In this document: in pieces, positions 50,472 to 62,884 of the stretch
Layout: each line of letters opens with the position of its first letter
How positions within the stretch are numbered: the first letter of the stretch is position 1
Assembly (NCBI RefSeq): GCF_020745735.1
Contig: NC_083416.1
Span: 40,387,131 to 40,451,130, forward strand
Reading direction: 5' to 3'
Length of the DNA stretch: 64,000 nt
DNA from: Hemiscyllium ocellatum
Taxonomy: Eukaryota
The notes under the pieces: generated by a model
The model's input: only the letters and a program-made list of their open reading frames with translations
Databases searched by the model: none
What the model was told of the DNA's origin: nothing
Program-made: the position numbers and the translations under genes

Positions 50472-50869
50472 ATAATGGCGCAGCTGAGATGCTTAATGTA
50501 GTTTTACTAGCCCTAATAATTCTCGCTGGTGTTAGTCTCAGCTACTATTACCTTGTATAGAAGGATACCCAAGCAATTTCATCCAAACAAGAAGGGTTCA
50601 ATCTTGATAAACAGTGAATGGATTTATTACATATTACCTAATAGCAAGTTGAATTACATCTGTGAAACATAATTGTTACTTGTGAAACATCAAGCTCAGT
50701 TTAAGAGTAAGTTCACATTATTACGATTTAAACATTCTCATGCAACATTGATTACAAATGCAGAACTAGTGTGACACCTGTTAACTCCTCCCAGCAACAG
50801 AGCGTATATCCTAATGGGCACAGCTTATCTCTTTTAACCCTTTTTAGACACTACCTGTCTTATACAACT

Positions 50870-51480
50870 GTTCACTCCCTCTGAAACCTTGATTTCACCT
50901 CTGAAACTTCCCAACAAAGTCTCTGAATGTGTTCATGTCTTTCTGCATGATCCTACCCTGTGTAGTTGATCACAAGTCAGAGATGCCCATGAGCTGGCGG
51001 AAATGCTTGACCTCTCGAGGATCTTTTGAGCATATCTCTGAAGTGTTTCTGCTGTCAGCTTAGGATTCTCATATCAAGACCAAGTTTTGGGCAGTGCAGT
51101 TGTTTTGAGAGTCTGGAATCAAGCACATGAATGAACTGTCCCACTTGCTGGACCTGGTTTTGTTTGATTAGTGCTTCAATGGTGGAAAGGTCCATTTGAA
51201 AAAAGACACGGCTATTGGCATGCCTTTCTTGCTACTAGATTTGAAAGATCTTACGAAGTCACCACACATGGTCCTTCTTCAGTACTGTGAAGTATATGCT
51301 TTTGGTTCTTTAAGATTCTGAACTATATAGGAGCATAGGTGCTGCTACTGGATAATGATCCTTGACCTTATCATAGGTTTCAGATACTGGTTCTCACTTA
51401 CTATTTCTCTCAGTAAGCCCATGGTTGAGTTGGTTTATTGAAGATGATGAGTTATTTTTTCATCTATGGCTAACTTCGTC
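50870..51480 (-). mobile_element. Decayed RTE-clade LINE 3' portion
   Basis: Antisense KVKDHYPVAAPMLLYSSES...HV..LRKIFQI*.QER, LPKTW and QKHFRDMLK motifs. Confidence 0.65.
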
Positions 51481-51599
51481 AAGAAGAGGCTCTCAAAAAA
51501 TGAAGAGGCTCTTTATTAAACACCTGGATTATTAAAGTCCTGTTCTGACTAGTTCCTAGAGTATAACACATCTATGATTCTATGATGTATTTTTATTGC

Positions 51600-52327
51600 T
51601 TAAGATCAGTGACCAATAAATTCAGATGAATCAACCTAGAAAACGTGGTCCATTTTCATTTCTTTGAGAGCCTCTTCTCGATGAAGAGATCACTGCTGAA
51701 ATTCTGAAACATTGCAAAATACACTTCTGACATGGCTCCGTACCCAGGAGAAAGAGTGCAAACCAGGTGATCTCTCGCTGTCTCTCTGCCCATCTTACAT
51801 TTACACAGAGAAAGCAATATATTAAGAATCAACATACCTACTATAGACTTCAGAAAGAAAGATGAATCATCCATCAACATCACTGGCATTGTCTTGTTAT
51901 GACTCCAGAAGGATCATTGGATTCAGTCTGAAATTATTGAAATCATCAATTGACAAGATCTGCATATCATTGTCTTTTATTCAACTTTAGAAATAATTAA
52001 TCTATCTTCCCACTTTTTAACTGTGTGTGTTTGTGTACAAGTGTGAGAAAGAGGGAGAGAAAATTCTTGAATGCGTGATTCTGAAATCAGGTTTTTTAAG
52101 CTCAAATTTGACATTAAAGTCCAACATATTTATTGTTTCTTTCTAAAGATAAAGCTTAATAAGAAAATCTGACTGGGTATGGCTTTTACAGTCACAACAA
52201 TTAAAGTAGTTAGATATCTTCCGAATTGGTAAGCACACTCTTTATTTAAGAACAAAGCATGCTCTGATCAAATATGGAGTTGGAAAAGAGGTGAATCACT
52301 CTAAGCCCTCTTCATCTGTTCATATCA
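51600..52327 (+). mobile_element. Possible LTR relic
   Basis: Non-coding block ending GGAGTTGGAAAAGAGG..CCCTCTTCATCTGTTCATATCA, with internal (TG)/(GA) tracts. No TSD seen. Confidence 0.4.
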
Positions 52328-53227
52328 TTTTTGAAAATCTATGTTTGTATTTAGATCATTGCTGTGTGGAAGAGGTAAGATCTTCTGCACTAATTTTCTG
52401 GTGTCAGAAGAGAGTCGGGTGGTACATGTTTTCAATAGAAGGGAATGCACAGTGAATTTTGCTCAGTTACACTTTTGAATTACATTGTTACAAAAGTTGA
52501 ACACACTTTATGTTTATTTATTCTGTCAGATAATTTGCTTTTTCATATGGGGTCAAGGAGAACTACTATAAAAAAAATGTGATATTTTAGAAAGAATGTT
52601 AGCATTTATTCATCATCTGAGGACAGAGAGGGAGTTACAGCGGTGAAAATGTTCACTGTCTGAAACAGATGAGAATTTCCATTAACTTGAAATGATACTA
52701 TAGCTATCACTCAGGGGTCTCCAAGTGCTGCTCCACTCTAAATAATTTTGCCATCAACACAATTAACTCGCCCTTTTCAGAAATTTTCAAAGCCAGGGTT
52801 TTTTTGGAATGACTAAGATATACAACAGAGATTAGGTTAACACTTTGGCAATCTTAAAATTCCCCTTGTTCCATCAGAGCAGAAAAAAATATCCCTTAAA
52901 GAAGTCAATGGTCCCCTCTATAACTACTATTGTAATGTATGTTTAATTGCATTATTCTACAATGGATGGTCTTCAGAACTTAGAATAGTCATTATGAATG
53001 GTAGAAGAGGAAGCATCACGTCACATGCAAACTAGTTGTTCTTTGAAGGGTTGAGAAAACACAATTCCTAAGGATCACAGTACCATGGGAAAGGTCATTG
53101 AATCTGCAAGAGATGACAAAGGTTCTTTTGAAAAGACAAACTTTCCTTTTCCATCCGACTCAACTTGCCTGTGTTCTTGGACACAGTTGACTGCACCATC
53201 CTCCTTCAAAGTCTTTCCGCTTGCATC

Positions 53228-54312
53228 AATGAGATGTCATGGAATGCAGGCTGAACTAGCCATTTGGACACAGAACTGGCTCGAAGGTAGAAGACAGAGG
53301 GTGGTGATGGAGGGTTTTTTTTCAGACTGGAGGCCTGTGACCAGTGGAGTGCCACAAGGTCCTCTACATTTTGTAATTTACATAAATGATTTGGATGTGA
53401 GCATAAGAAGTACAGTTAGTAAGTTTGCAGATGACACCAAAATTGGAGATGTAATGGACAGTGAAGAGGGTTACCTCAGATTACAACAGAATCTTGACCA
53501 GATGGGCCAATGGGCTGAGGAGTGACAGGTGGAGTTTAATTTAGATAAATGTGAGGCGTTGTATTTTGAGAAAGCAAATCTTAGCAGGACATAAACACTT
53601 AATGGTAAAGTACTAGGGAGTGTTGCTGAACAAAAAGACCTTGGAGTGCTGTTTCATAGCTCCTTGAAAGTGGAGTCGCAGTAGATAGGACAGTGAAGAA
53701 GGCATTTGGTGTGCTTTCCTTTATTGGTCAGAGTATTGAATATCAGAGTCGGAAGGTCATGTTGTGGCTGTACAGCATGTTGGTAAGACCACTGTTGGAA
53801 TATTGCGTGCAATTCTGGTCTCCTTCCTATCAGAAAGATGTTGTGTAACTTGAAAAGGTTCAGAAAAAATCTACAAGGCTGTTGCTAGGGTTGGAGGATT
53901 TGAGATATAGGGAGAGGTTGAATAGGCTGGGGTTGTTTTCTCTGGAGAGTCGAAAGCTGAGGGGCAAACTTATAGAAGTTTATAAAATCATGAGGGACAT
54001 GGATAAGATAAATAGACAAAGTCTTTCCCCTAAGGTGAGAGGGGAAATATATAAAAGGCACATAAGGGGTTACTTTTTCACACACAGGGTGGTATGTGTA
54101 TGGAATGAGCTGCCAGAGGAAGTAATGGATGCTGGTACAATTGGAACAATTAAAATGCATCTGGATGGGTATTTGAATAGGAAGGATTTGGATGGATAAG
54201 AGTCAAGTGCTGGCAAACGGGACTAGATTAGGATGGGATGTCTAGTCGGCATGGATGAGTTGGACCGAAGGGTCTGTTTCCGTGCTGTACATCTCTATGA
54301 TTCTATGACTCT
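53228..54312 (+). mobile_element. HER1/CR1 LINE RT 3' half
   Basis: WRPVTSGVPQG, YINDLD, SKFADDTK, FFTHRVVCVWNELP and tail CTCTATGATTCTATGACTCT; contains stops and deletions. Confidence 0.95.
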
Positions 54313-55240
54313 GTCCATATGGATGGGAATTTAATTTTCTGTTTTAATTCTTATCTATCTAATCATAGCCAATTGTATCACCGGCAATGGCTCCTCTTCC
54401 AAGTCTTATACCGTTTTAACTGATGACACCCTCCCCCACTCCCAAGGATGTATCCTTGCACTGTTATATTCATAGCTCCCCTTGATGACAGTATCTGAAA
54501 GCACAGAACTTGATTACATATATATAGGGTTGACCTACAGAGTTCTAGCTTGAACCAACTCTCTTGTCTTCTCTGCCAAAACAAAATGACCAGGCCTGAC
54601 ATCCAACTCTGGATGAGCAGAAGTTTTGTCCAAAAATAATCAAAAAGGCCAAAGTCTTAAACTTTTCTTGAAGTCACAAATTCCTGACCTTGCTGTTGAT
54701 TAGATCCCTTTTGCTGACAAATGTCTGAAAGTGAACCATTCTATTTGCAACATTCATGCGAGACTTAATCCGAAGATTAACTTCAAAGGAAATATCCACA
54801 CCATCTGTAAGATTGACTACTTCACCTCAACAACATCATGGGACTCAGCTCATTTGTTAATGAAACCTTTACCATTGTCTTTGTTTCCTTTGGACTTGAT
54901 TACATAAGGGTTCTCCTAGCCAGGCTCCCACATCCTACCTTTCATAAACTTGAGGTTTTTCAACACACTCCTGCCTGTGTCCTTATTTTGACCAAGTCCC
55001 ATTTATCAATGCTCCTCTGCTCATTGATTTACAATGGCTCCTGTCAACATTGATCCTTGATTGCAAGGACTTCCATATTCTTACTCTCCTATATCTTTGT
55101 TATGTCTTCCAAATCAATAATTCCCTGATGTATCCAGGTTGTCGAATTCATACCCCTTCAACATTCTTGATTTCAATTATTTACCATGTTTTCTATTGCC
55201 TTCAGCACCAGAATTCTCTGCATGTCCTCTCTCCTTGTGG

Positions 55241-55415
55241 ATCAGTGGTGCTGGAAGAGCACAGCAGTTCAAGCAGCATCCAGCTTTATTCCTGATGAAG
55301 GGCTTTTGCCCGAAACGTCGATTTCGCTGCTCATTGGATGCTGCCTGAACTGCTGTGCTCTTCCAGCACCACAGATCCAGAATCTGGTTTCCAGCATCTG
55401 CAGTCATTGTTTTTA
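55241..55415 (+). mobile_element. Fold-back PLE mini-element with perfect 15-bp TSD and intact hammerhead
   Basis: CCTCTCTCCTTGTGG at 55226-55240 and 55416-55430. The short inverted arm 55239-55281 pairs with 55336-55378. Confidence 0.92.
55288..55323 (+). ncRNA. Minimal hammerhead ribozyme, intact core
   Basis: AUUC-CUGAUGA-A-GGGC(UUUU)GCCC-GAAA-CG-UC-GAUU. Confidence 0.82.
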
Positions 55416-56529
55416 CCTCTCTCCTTGTGGCTCACTCTCCATTCTCTTTAGTTACTCTCTAAAACCAATCACTTTTACCAAGCTTTTGACCATCTGACAT
55501 TATACTGTTTGATGTGGCTTATACTAAGTTTTGCTTTATACATTGAACACTTCATCATTGTAAATGCCTTGCATAGAATGTTTTGTTTTTGCTGGTTAAG
55601 GAGATGAAAGAAAATTGCCAAGTTTTATCCACTGCTGTGTGAGAAAGCCAGTGATGTGTTAAAACTGGATGGCCTTTCTCACGATAGTTGCTCTGTTCAG
55701 TAACAAACTGGGTGATTTCTCTGATAAAGTGTATCAGATATCTAGCAATTCCATAGCTAGCTGTAGCTCTGACTGAGGTTACATAATCCCAAAATTACTA
55801 CTTTAAATGCATTCCTGGCACAAACATTGATTGGTCTTTCACAGCTACAGGCAAAAAATGCCCAGGCAGTTTTCAAAAGGTTTGCATGAAACTGTTAGCA
55901 GGATTTCCATGGGTATCTATGAATTTTGAGCAGAAATTGGCCACTTAGCCCTTCGTGAATACTCTGCCATTCAATATGATCATAGCTGATCAGTTCTTGT
56001 TTCAAATTCCATATTTGTATCTACCCCAATACTCTTTGACTCCATACCTAACAAGAATATATCTGCATCTAGTTTAAAAATATTACGTGACCCTGACTCC
56101 TCCACCACCCTCTGAAACATAGCATTCTACTATCACATAAGCTTCTGTAAGATAAAGAACTCTCAATCATGGAACGAACTCTAAGTTTTAAAGAACATCC
56201 CTTTATTTAAACACAACTACTAGAGGAAACCTCTTTTCCACATCCACTTTGTTAAGACCTTCGGGATATTACATACTTCAATCAAATTGGCCTTGCCGTA
56301 AACTCCAGTGGAAACTAGTCCAATTTGTCCAACGTTTTCTCATAAGGCATCCCGCTCTTTCCAGGTGTTAATCCAGTAAATCTGCTTTGATCTACCTCCA
56401 ATGCTTCATATCATTCCTTAAATTAAGAGGCTAAAACTGCATCCAGTGTTTGAGATGTGGTCTCACCAAAGTCCTGTCACCATTGCCCTGTATATATGAA
56501 GGTAGCGTTCTTATGTTTTCTATGTTCAA

Positions 56530-56955
56530 ATCTGCAAATGTGTTGCTGGTCAAAGCACAGCAGGTTAGGCAGCATCTCAGGAATAGAGAATTCGACGTTT
56601 CGAGCATAAGCCCTTCATCAGGAATAAGAGAGAGAGCCAAGCAGGCTGAGGTAAAAGGTAGGGAGGAGGGACTAGGGGGAGGGGCGATGGAGGTGGGATA
56701 GGTGGAAGGAGGTCAAGGTGAGGGTGATAGGCCGGAGTGGGGTGGGGGCGGAGAGGTCAGGAAGAGGATTGCAGGTTAGGAGGGCGGTGCTGAGTTGAGG
56801 GAACCGACTGAGACAAGGTGGGGGGAGGGGAAATGAGGAAGCTGGAGAAATCTGAATTCATACCTTGTGGTTGGAGGGTTCCCAGGCGGAAGATGAGGCG
56901 CTCCTCCTCCAGCCGTCGTGTAGTTGTGTTCTTCATACCTTGTGGTTGGAGGGTT
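56530..56955 (-). mobile_element. Young PLE 3' fragment (GIY-YIG end plus pLTR)
   Basis: Antisense RRLEEERLIFRLGTLQPQGMNSDFSSF; CpGs retained; hammerhead intact. Confidence 0.9.
56590..56625 (-). ncRNA. Minimal hammerhead ribozyme, intact core
   Basis: Minus strand AUUC-CUGAUGA-A-GGGC(UUAU)GCUC-GAAA-CG-UC-GAAU, with a perfect 4-bp stem I. Confidence 0.87.
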
Positions 56956-58638
56956 GCTCATATTAAGGAAAGCATTCCTTGAACCTTCTTCATTACTTGC
57001 AGCACCTGGATCATAGCAAATTGTGACTCGTACTCTGGAACATCTAGATCCCTCTACGTTCGGAATTCTGCAGTTATTCTCTATTTAAGTAATATTCTGC
57101 ATTTTTTTATTCTTCCTGTCAAAGTGAACAACTTCACATTTTCCCACATTAAGCTCCATCTGCCAGATTTATTTTCTGACTCCAATTCTCTAAACCTGTC
57201 TGCATCATTGGGTATATTCTCTTTGCTGCATACTTTCAGACCTATCCTTGTGTCATCTGTAATTGGAGCTACCATGCCTTTGCTCTCCTCATTTCAGCCG
57301 TTGATATAAATTATAAAAAGCTGAGACCTCAGAACACATGCAAGTGGGACTCCACGTGTGACATACTGACATTAGAATGAAGAGCTGTTTATGTTTTCTT
57401 CCAACCAGCCAGTCTTCTGTCCATTCTAACATGTTAATCTCTGCACCATGAACTCTTCCTTTGTGAAATAACTTTTGTATGGCTTTGTCAAATGCCTTCA
57501 GAAAATCTAACTATCATATGTCTACAACTTCCAATTTAATTATTGTACACGTTACTCATTCAAATAACTTCGATAAATTGGTTAAGTATGATTTTCCATT
57601 CACAATACTATGTTGACTCTTCTCAATTATCTTGGGTTTTTCGAAGTGCCTAGCTAATGATTGATTCTAACACACTTCCCACGATACTATCAAACTAACT
57701 GGCCCATCATTTCCTGGTTTCTGTCTTCACTCCCCTCCCCCATGAATAGAGACATTGTATTTGTTACCTTGTAGCCTGATGAAACCTTTCCAGAATTTAG
57801 AAAATTTTATAAAATTAAAATTTATACATTTGAATTTCATTACCCACCTCTTTTACACCAGGTAAAGTTCATCAGGACCTGGGAATTTGTCAGTCTGTAG
57901 CTTCATCAGTTTCTTCAGTACCATTTCGCTTGTGGCAGTACTATTATTAAGTTCCTCTCTTCTTGCCACCTCCTGATTCCCAGCTGTGCCTGGAACTTTT
58001 TCTAAATATTATCTAATGATGAAAATAGAAGCAAGATACCTTTCAATTTGATCTACCATTTTAATATTTGGTATTAACTCCCTCTGCTCACTTTCTAGGG
58101 ATCAATTTTTTTTTTCTTATTTTCCTTGATAAATACTTATAGAAATTTCTGCTATTCATTTTAACGTTTCTAGCTAGCTTGCATTCATACACTGATTTCC
58201 AGCTCCTGGTTGACATTTCAGTCATTCTCTGTTTTTCCATATATTCTACACAGTTGTCAGACTGACCACACATTTTTTGCACAATTATCTTGTGTTTTCC
58301 TTAAGTTTCATGCTTCCCTTAACTACTTCAGTTAACCACAGATGGTGAGTTCCCTTTATAAAGGTTTCTCTATAGTCGGAACATACCTGTTCTGAGTATT
58401 TTGAATGTTCCCTTTAAATGTTGGCAATGATTCTCTATTGATGTTTTTTAAGTCTAGCACTCCAGGTCATTTCACTCACTTACACAGTTTTCAAGTCCAT
58501 GTAGTTACTTTTATTTAAGATTAACTTCGGGACACTTTTCTTCCTTTCAAACCAGAAATAAAATTTCAATATTATTGCTATTTACAGATGCCTTTAATAT
58601 TAACTAAATTCACATTAATCAATATGTACATTATTCAG

Positions 58639-60490
58639 AATCGAGAGTGTGGTGCTGGAAAAGCACAACAGGTTAGGCAGCATCTGAGGAGCAGGAGAAT
58701 TGACATTTTGGGCATTAGCCCTTCATCTGGAATGATGCTTGTGGGCTGGGGGGCTGAGAGATAATTGGGAAGGGGTGAGGCTAGGGGGAAGGTAGTTGGG
58801 AATGTGATAGGTAGATGAAGGTGGGGGTGAAATTAATAGGTTGGAGAGGAGGGTGGAGTGGATTGATGTGAAGGAAAATGGACAGGTCAAGAGGGTGGCG
58901 CTGGGTTGAAGGCTTGGGACTGGGGTAAGAAGGGGGAAGGAGAAATGACAAAACTGGTGAAATACACATTGATCCCCTGTGGTTGGAGGGCCCCAAGGTG
59001 GAAATGAGGCACTCTTCTTCCAGGTGTTGGGTGGATAGAGTTTGGCAATGGACAAGGACCAGAAACTGCATGTCCTTGGTGGAGAGGGAGGGGGAGTTGA
59101 AGTGTTCAGCCATTGGGCAATGGAGTTGGTTGGTGCATGTGTCCCACAGATGTTCTCTGAAATGATCCACATATTGGCGTCTGTCTACCTGATGTAGAGG
59201 AGCCTACATCGGGTACAATGGGTACAGTAGAAGCCGTGTGTGGAAATAAAGGTAAATCTCTGTTGGATGGGAAAGGATCCTTTGGAGCCATGGATGGAGG
59301 TGAGGGGGGAGATGTGGGTGCAGGTTTTGTACTTCTTGCAGTGGCAAGAGAAGTTGGAGGGCGTGGTGTGTGGGCTTGTGAGAGACATGGATCTGACAAG
59401 GGTATTGTGGAGGAAATGGTCTCTCCAAAATGCAGCTAGGACAGGGAGGGAAATATATCCCTAGTGGTGGGGTCTGTTTGCAGGTGGCAGTAGTGATGGA
59501 GGATGATACAATGTATCCAGAGTTTGGACGGTAAAAGGTAAGGACCGGGAGGGGGGAGGAGGGGGTTCTGTCCTTGTTGCAATTGGAGGGGTGGGGTTCA
59601 AGAGTGGAGGTGCTGGAAGTGAAGGAGGTGTGCTGGAGGGCATTGTCAACAACATGCGAAGGAAAATTGTGGTCTTTGTGTGAGGAGGCCATCTGGGATG
59701 TTCTATGGTGGAATTGGTCCTCCTGGGAGCTGATGAGGAGGAGGCGGAGGAATTGGGAATAAGGAGGCAGAGAGGGAGGAGATGGTGGGAGGCGGCTCCC
59801 CCCCCCCCGCCCCTCACCTCGTCCAAGGCCCCAAAGGATCCTTCCACATCCAACAGAAATTTACCTGTACCTCCATATACATCATTTACTTTGTCCATTG
59901 CACCCAATGTGGTCTCCTATACACATGGGAAACAGGACGCCAATTTGCGGATCATTTCAGAGAACATCTCTGGGACACCTGCACCAACCAACCCTACCGC
60001 CCCTTGGCTGAACACTTCAATTCCCCCTTCCACTCTACCAAGGACATGCAGGTCCAAGGCGTCCTCCTTCGCCAAGCCCTAACCACCCAATGCCTGGAGG
60101 AAGAGCATCTTATCTTCCATCTTGGGAGTCTGAAACCACATGGGATTAATGTGTATTTCACCAGTTTCCTCATTTCCCCTCCCCCTACCTTATCCCAGTC
60201 CCAAACCTCTAACTCGGTGCCCCATTTGACTGTCTATTTTCCTTCCCACCTATCCACTCCACCCTCCTCTTCTCACCTATCACTTTTATCCGCACCTTCA
60301 TCTACTTATCATATTCCCAGCTAACTTCCCCCCAGCCTTAACCCCTCCTATTTATCTCTCAGCCTGCCAGCCCACAAGCCTAATTTCTGATGAAGGGCTT
60401 ATGCCTGAAATGTTGATTCTCCTGCTCTTTGAATGCACCACATTCTCAACCCTGATCTTCAGTGTCTGCAGTTTTCACTGTTTCTCTCCT
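58639..60490. mobile_element. Fold-back Neptune-type PLE: minus arm 58639-59790, plus arm 59790-60490; 14-bp TSD
   Basis: GIY-YIG region on both strands (FTCTSIYIIYFVHCTQCGLLYTWETG on +). TGTACATTATTCAG at 58625-58638 and 60491-60504. Confidence 0.93.
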
Positions 60491-61089
60491 TGTACATTAT
60501 TCAGTGCTAAGTGAAGTATAATCTACGTATTCACTTACAGAACACGTTGCTCTATGAAACTTCTCAAAAGCATTCTATGTACTCCATAACTAAACCACTT
60601 TTGGCAATCTGATTTTTCCAGTTTGTACGTTGATTAAAATCATCCAGGATTATTGCTGTCCCTCTATCCTGGACACCAATATTTATTCTTCTGTACTTCA
60701 TCAAACATTGCGGTTGCTATTTGGGGCTTATAGACCACTTTCAGTGGAGTCTAATCTATTCCTCTCATGTCAACTAATTCTACATTCTGATCTCCTGAAC
60801 CAAGGTAATTGCCAGTTATTACACCATGGTGTCTTTCACATTACCTCCTTAATGAAATACACTTTCCTGACATGGAGAGGGTTACTCAATGTTTTATTGG
60901 AATCAATGGTTTATAAATTCTTTAGGGCAAAGAGTAATAGCTTTTAAGTCATATCCTCTTGATATGCTATTTCGGTCTCCTGCTCTCCATCTGGTTCTAC
61001 TCTTCCTCATTTTCCATTTCAAATTAAACTTCAAATTTTGTGAATTCCATTTTCCATAGTCAACTACTTTCTGTTAAAGTTTTAGGATT

Positions 61090-61705
61090 TATAATTCTGC
61101 TTACAAAAGACTTCCATTTGTAAACCTAGTGAAATATCTAAAGCAGGTTTGAAGTTTTGTTTGCAATAAATGAAAGTTAAACTTGTTGGATTTGGGATGG
61201 AATTATATCATCTGCATTGATCAGGTTCTGGAACATTATGACATGTAACAGTTGATGAAATCAGAAATAGATGGTATGTATACCTAGAAAGGATTGATGG
61301 GCATGATATCTTTTTGAAAATAAAAAATTGCAGATTTAGTAAAGAAGGTTATTTAAAATTATTAATGGTGTAATAGAATAGATGAAGACAACATTTTTCC
61401 TGTTGTGAGGAAAAAAAACCTAGAGCCAATTAATATATGAGAGTCACAAAGAAATCTAAAAGAAATTTTAAAAATAAATTACCTTTATCCAGAATGATGG
61501 GAATATGGAACTCACTACCACAGGGAACAGTTGAAATGAAGGGTATGGATGCATTTAAGTAGAGGCTAGACAAGCTTGTGAGAGAGAGGGAATAAAGGGT
61601 TGCTAAGATACAGTTTGATGAAGAAAGATGAAAAGAGATGGGAGCAGAGAATAAATGCTACATAAGCGCATAATGGCCTGTTTCAGTGCTTTACATTCTA
61701 CATAA
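61090..61705 (+). mobile_element. Decayed CR1 3' fragment
   Basis: FKIING, FIQNDGN.WNSLPQG-like region and TAATGGCCTGTTTCAGTGCT tail. Confidence 0.7.
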
Positions 61706-62884
61706 TGTTTTATAGTTGGACAGACTGAAACCACACTTTCTCCTTTTGTAATAAATATTTTTTTCTCTGAAAACTGCTGCCTGTTTAGTAATCATGAACA
61801 CAAACATTTACTTTGAACTTCATTGTATGTAGGCATATAACATATTAACGTTACATTTGCAAACTATTTGAATTCCAAGAAAGAAACATATGTTTCTGTT
61901 GACAGCTAGTGAAAAAAAAAGCACAATTGAAGTCAGTGCTTTATTTACTTATTAAGTGTTTGTGTCCTTTGAGTTAATTTTGGTCAAAACAATTTAAAAG
62001 GGTAATAAAAATTATATTCTGCAGCAAGCTCAGGCAGGTAATCAATAGAGGTCAGGAGAAGTCTCAGCAAAGAATGGAGTTTCACGGACAAATAAATAGA
62101 TGAGAACAAAATTAAACCTGAAGAAAAACACATATCTAAAATATCACAACAATAGTCAAAATATGATCAAAAGGGACAAGATGAAGTTAGGAAATGGGGA
62201 AAAGAGATTTTTTTTGGAAGGGGAAAAGTAATGAAATAAAAACGCTAAGCTTGGGCTAAAGGCTAAGCAAAATATGTTTACAGCAGATGATTCTGAACCG
62301 GCAGAAATTCTGAACAGATCGCTTCTCCAGTGAAAACAGAGTTGAACTATCAAACTGAAAATTTTAAATAAGGAGAAATGATTCAGCCGTTTTTAAGAGT
62401 TAAGACAAAATGGAGGTATTAAATAAATCAGCAAACCTCAGAGGACGAGACTTAATTTAAGATGGATTACATCCGCGATAGTTAAGTAAAAAGGGAGGAG
62501 ACAGAATGTGATCAAATATCCATGTATAATATAAATCAGATTGAATATCTGCAGAATGCTGACAAACAGCAAATGTAGTTGTCTCAAAAGGAGAAGATTC
62601 AAGGAATTATAGGGTTAAAGATCACAGGAAGCAAAGATGTAGGATATTTGCTCATCTGAGTTACAGGCTTTTTTTTAATTTTAACCAGTACATTTGTAAA
62701 TTAAACATCAACTGTATCTTAATTATGTTTTATTGATATTACAATAATTTTTCTAGTAAAGATGCCATACAATTTTCTTTAGGAGTTAATGTATAAAGAT
62801 GTTTTGATTATTTTACTTATTCAAAAGGAAGATGCTTCATCCCTGTGCTTTTCTGCACTCCTTTCTTGTGCTTGTCCTTGGGAT

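Larger units (their letters stand above)
54780..55570 (+). mobile_element. L2 LINE 3' portion
   Basis: ETFTIVFVSFGLDYIRVLLARLP..T.HKLEVFQ matches L2 ETLIHAFVTSRLDYxNxLLxGLP. Confidence 0.8.
55920..60960 (-). mobile_element. Long decayed CR1 ORF2 interrupted by two PLE insertions
   Basis: Antisense RTLVRPHLKHWMQF (56431-), PITDDTRIG (57250), LDFLKAFDK (57490), LARNVKMNSRNFYKY (58140) and IILDDFNQ (60630). Confidence 0.85.

Noticed and set aside
53085-54199. Functional reverse transcriptase gene
   Set aside because: 5'-truncated CR1 with stops and deletions.
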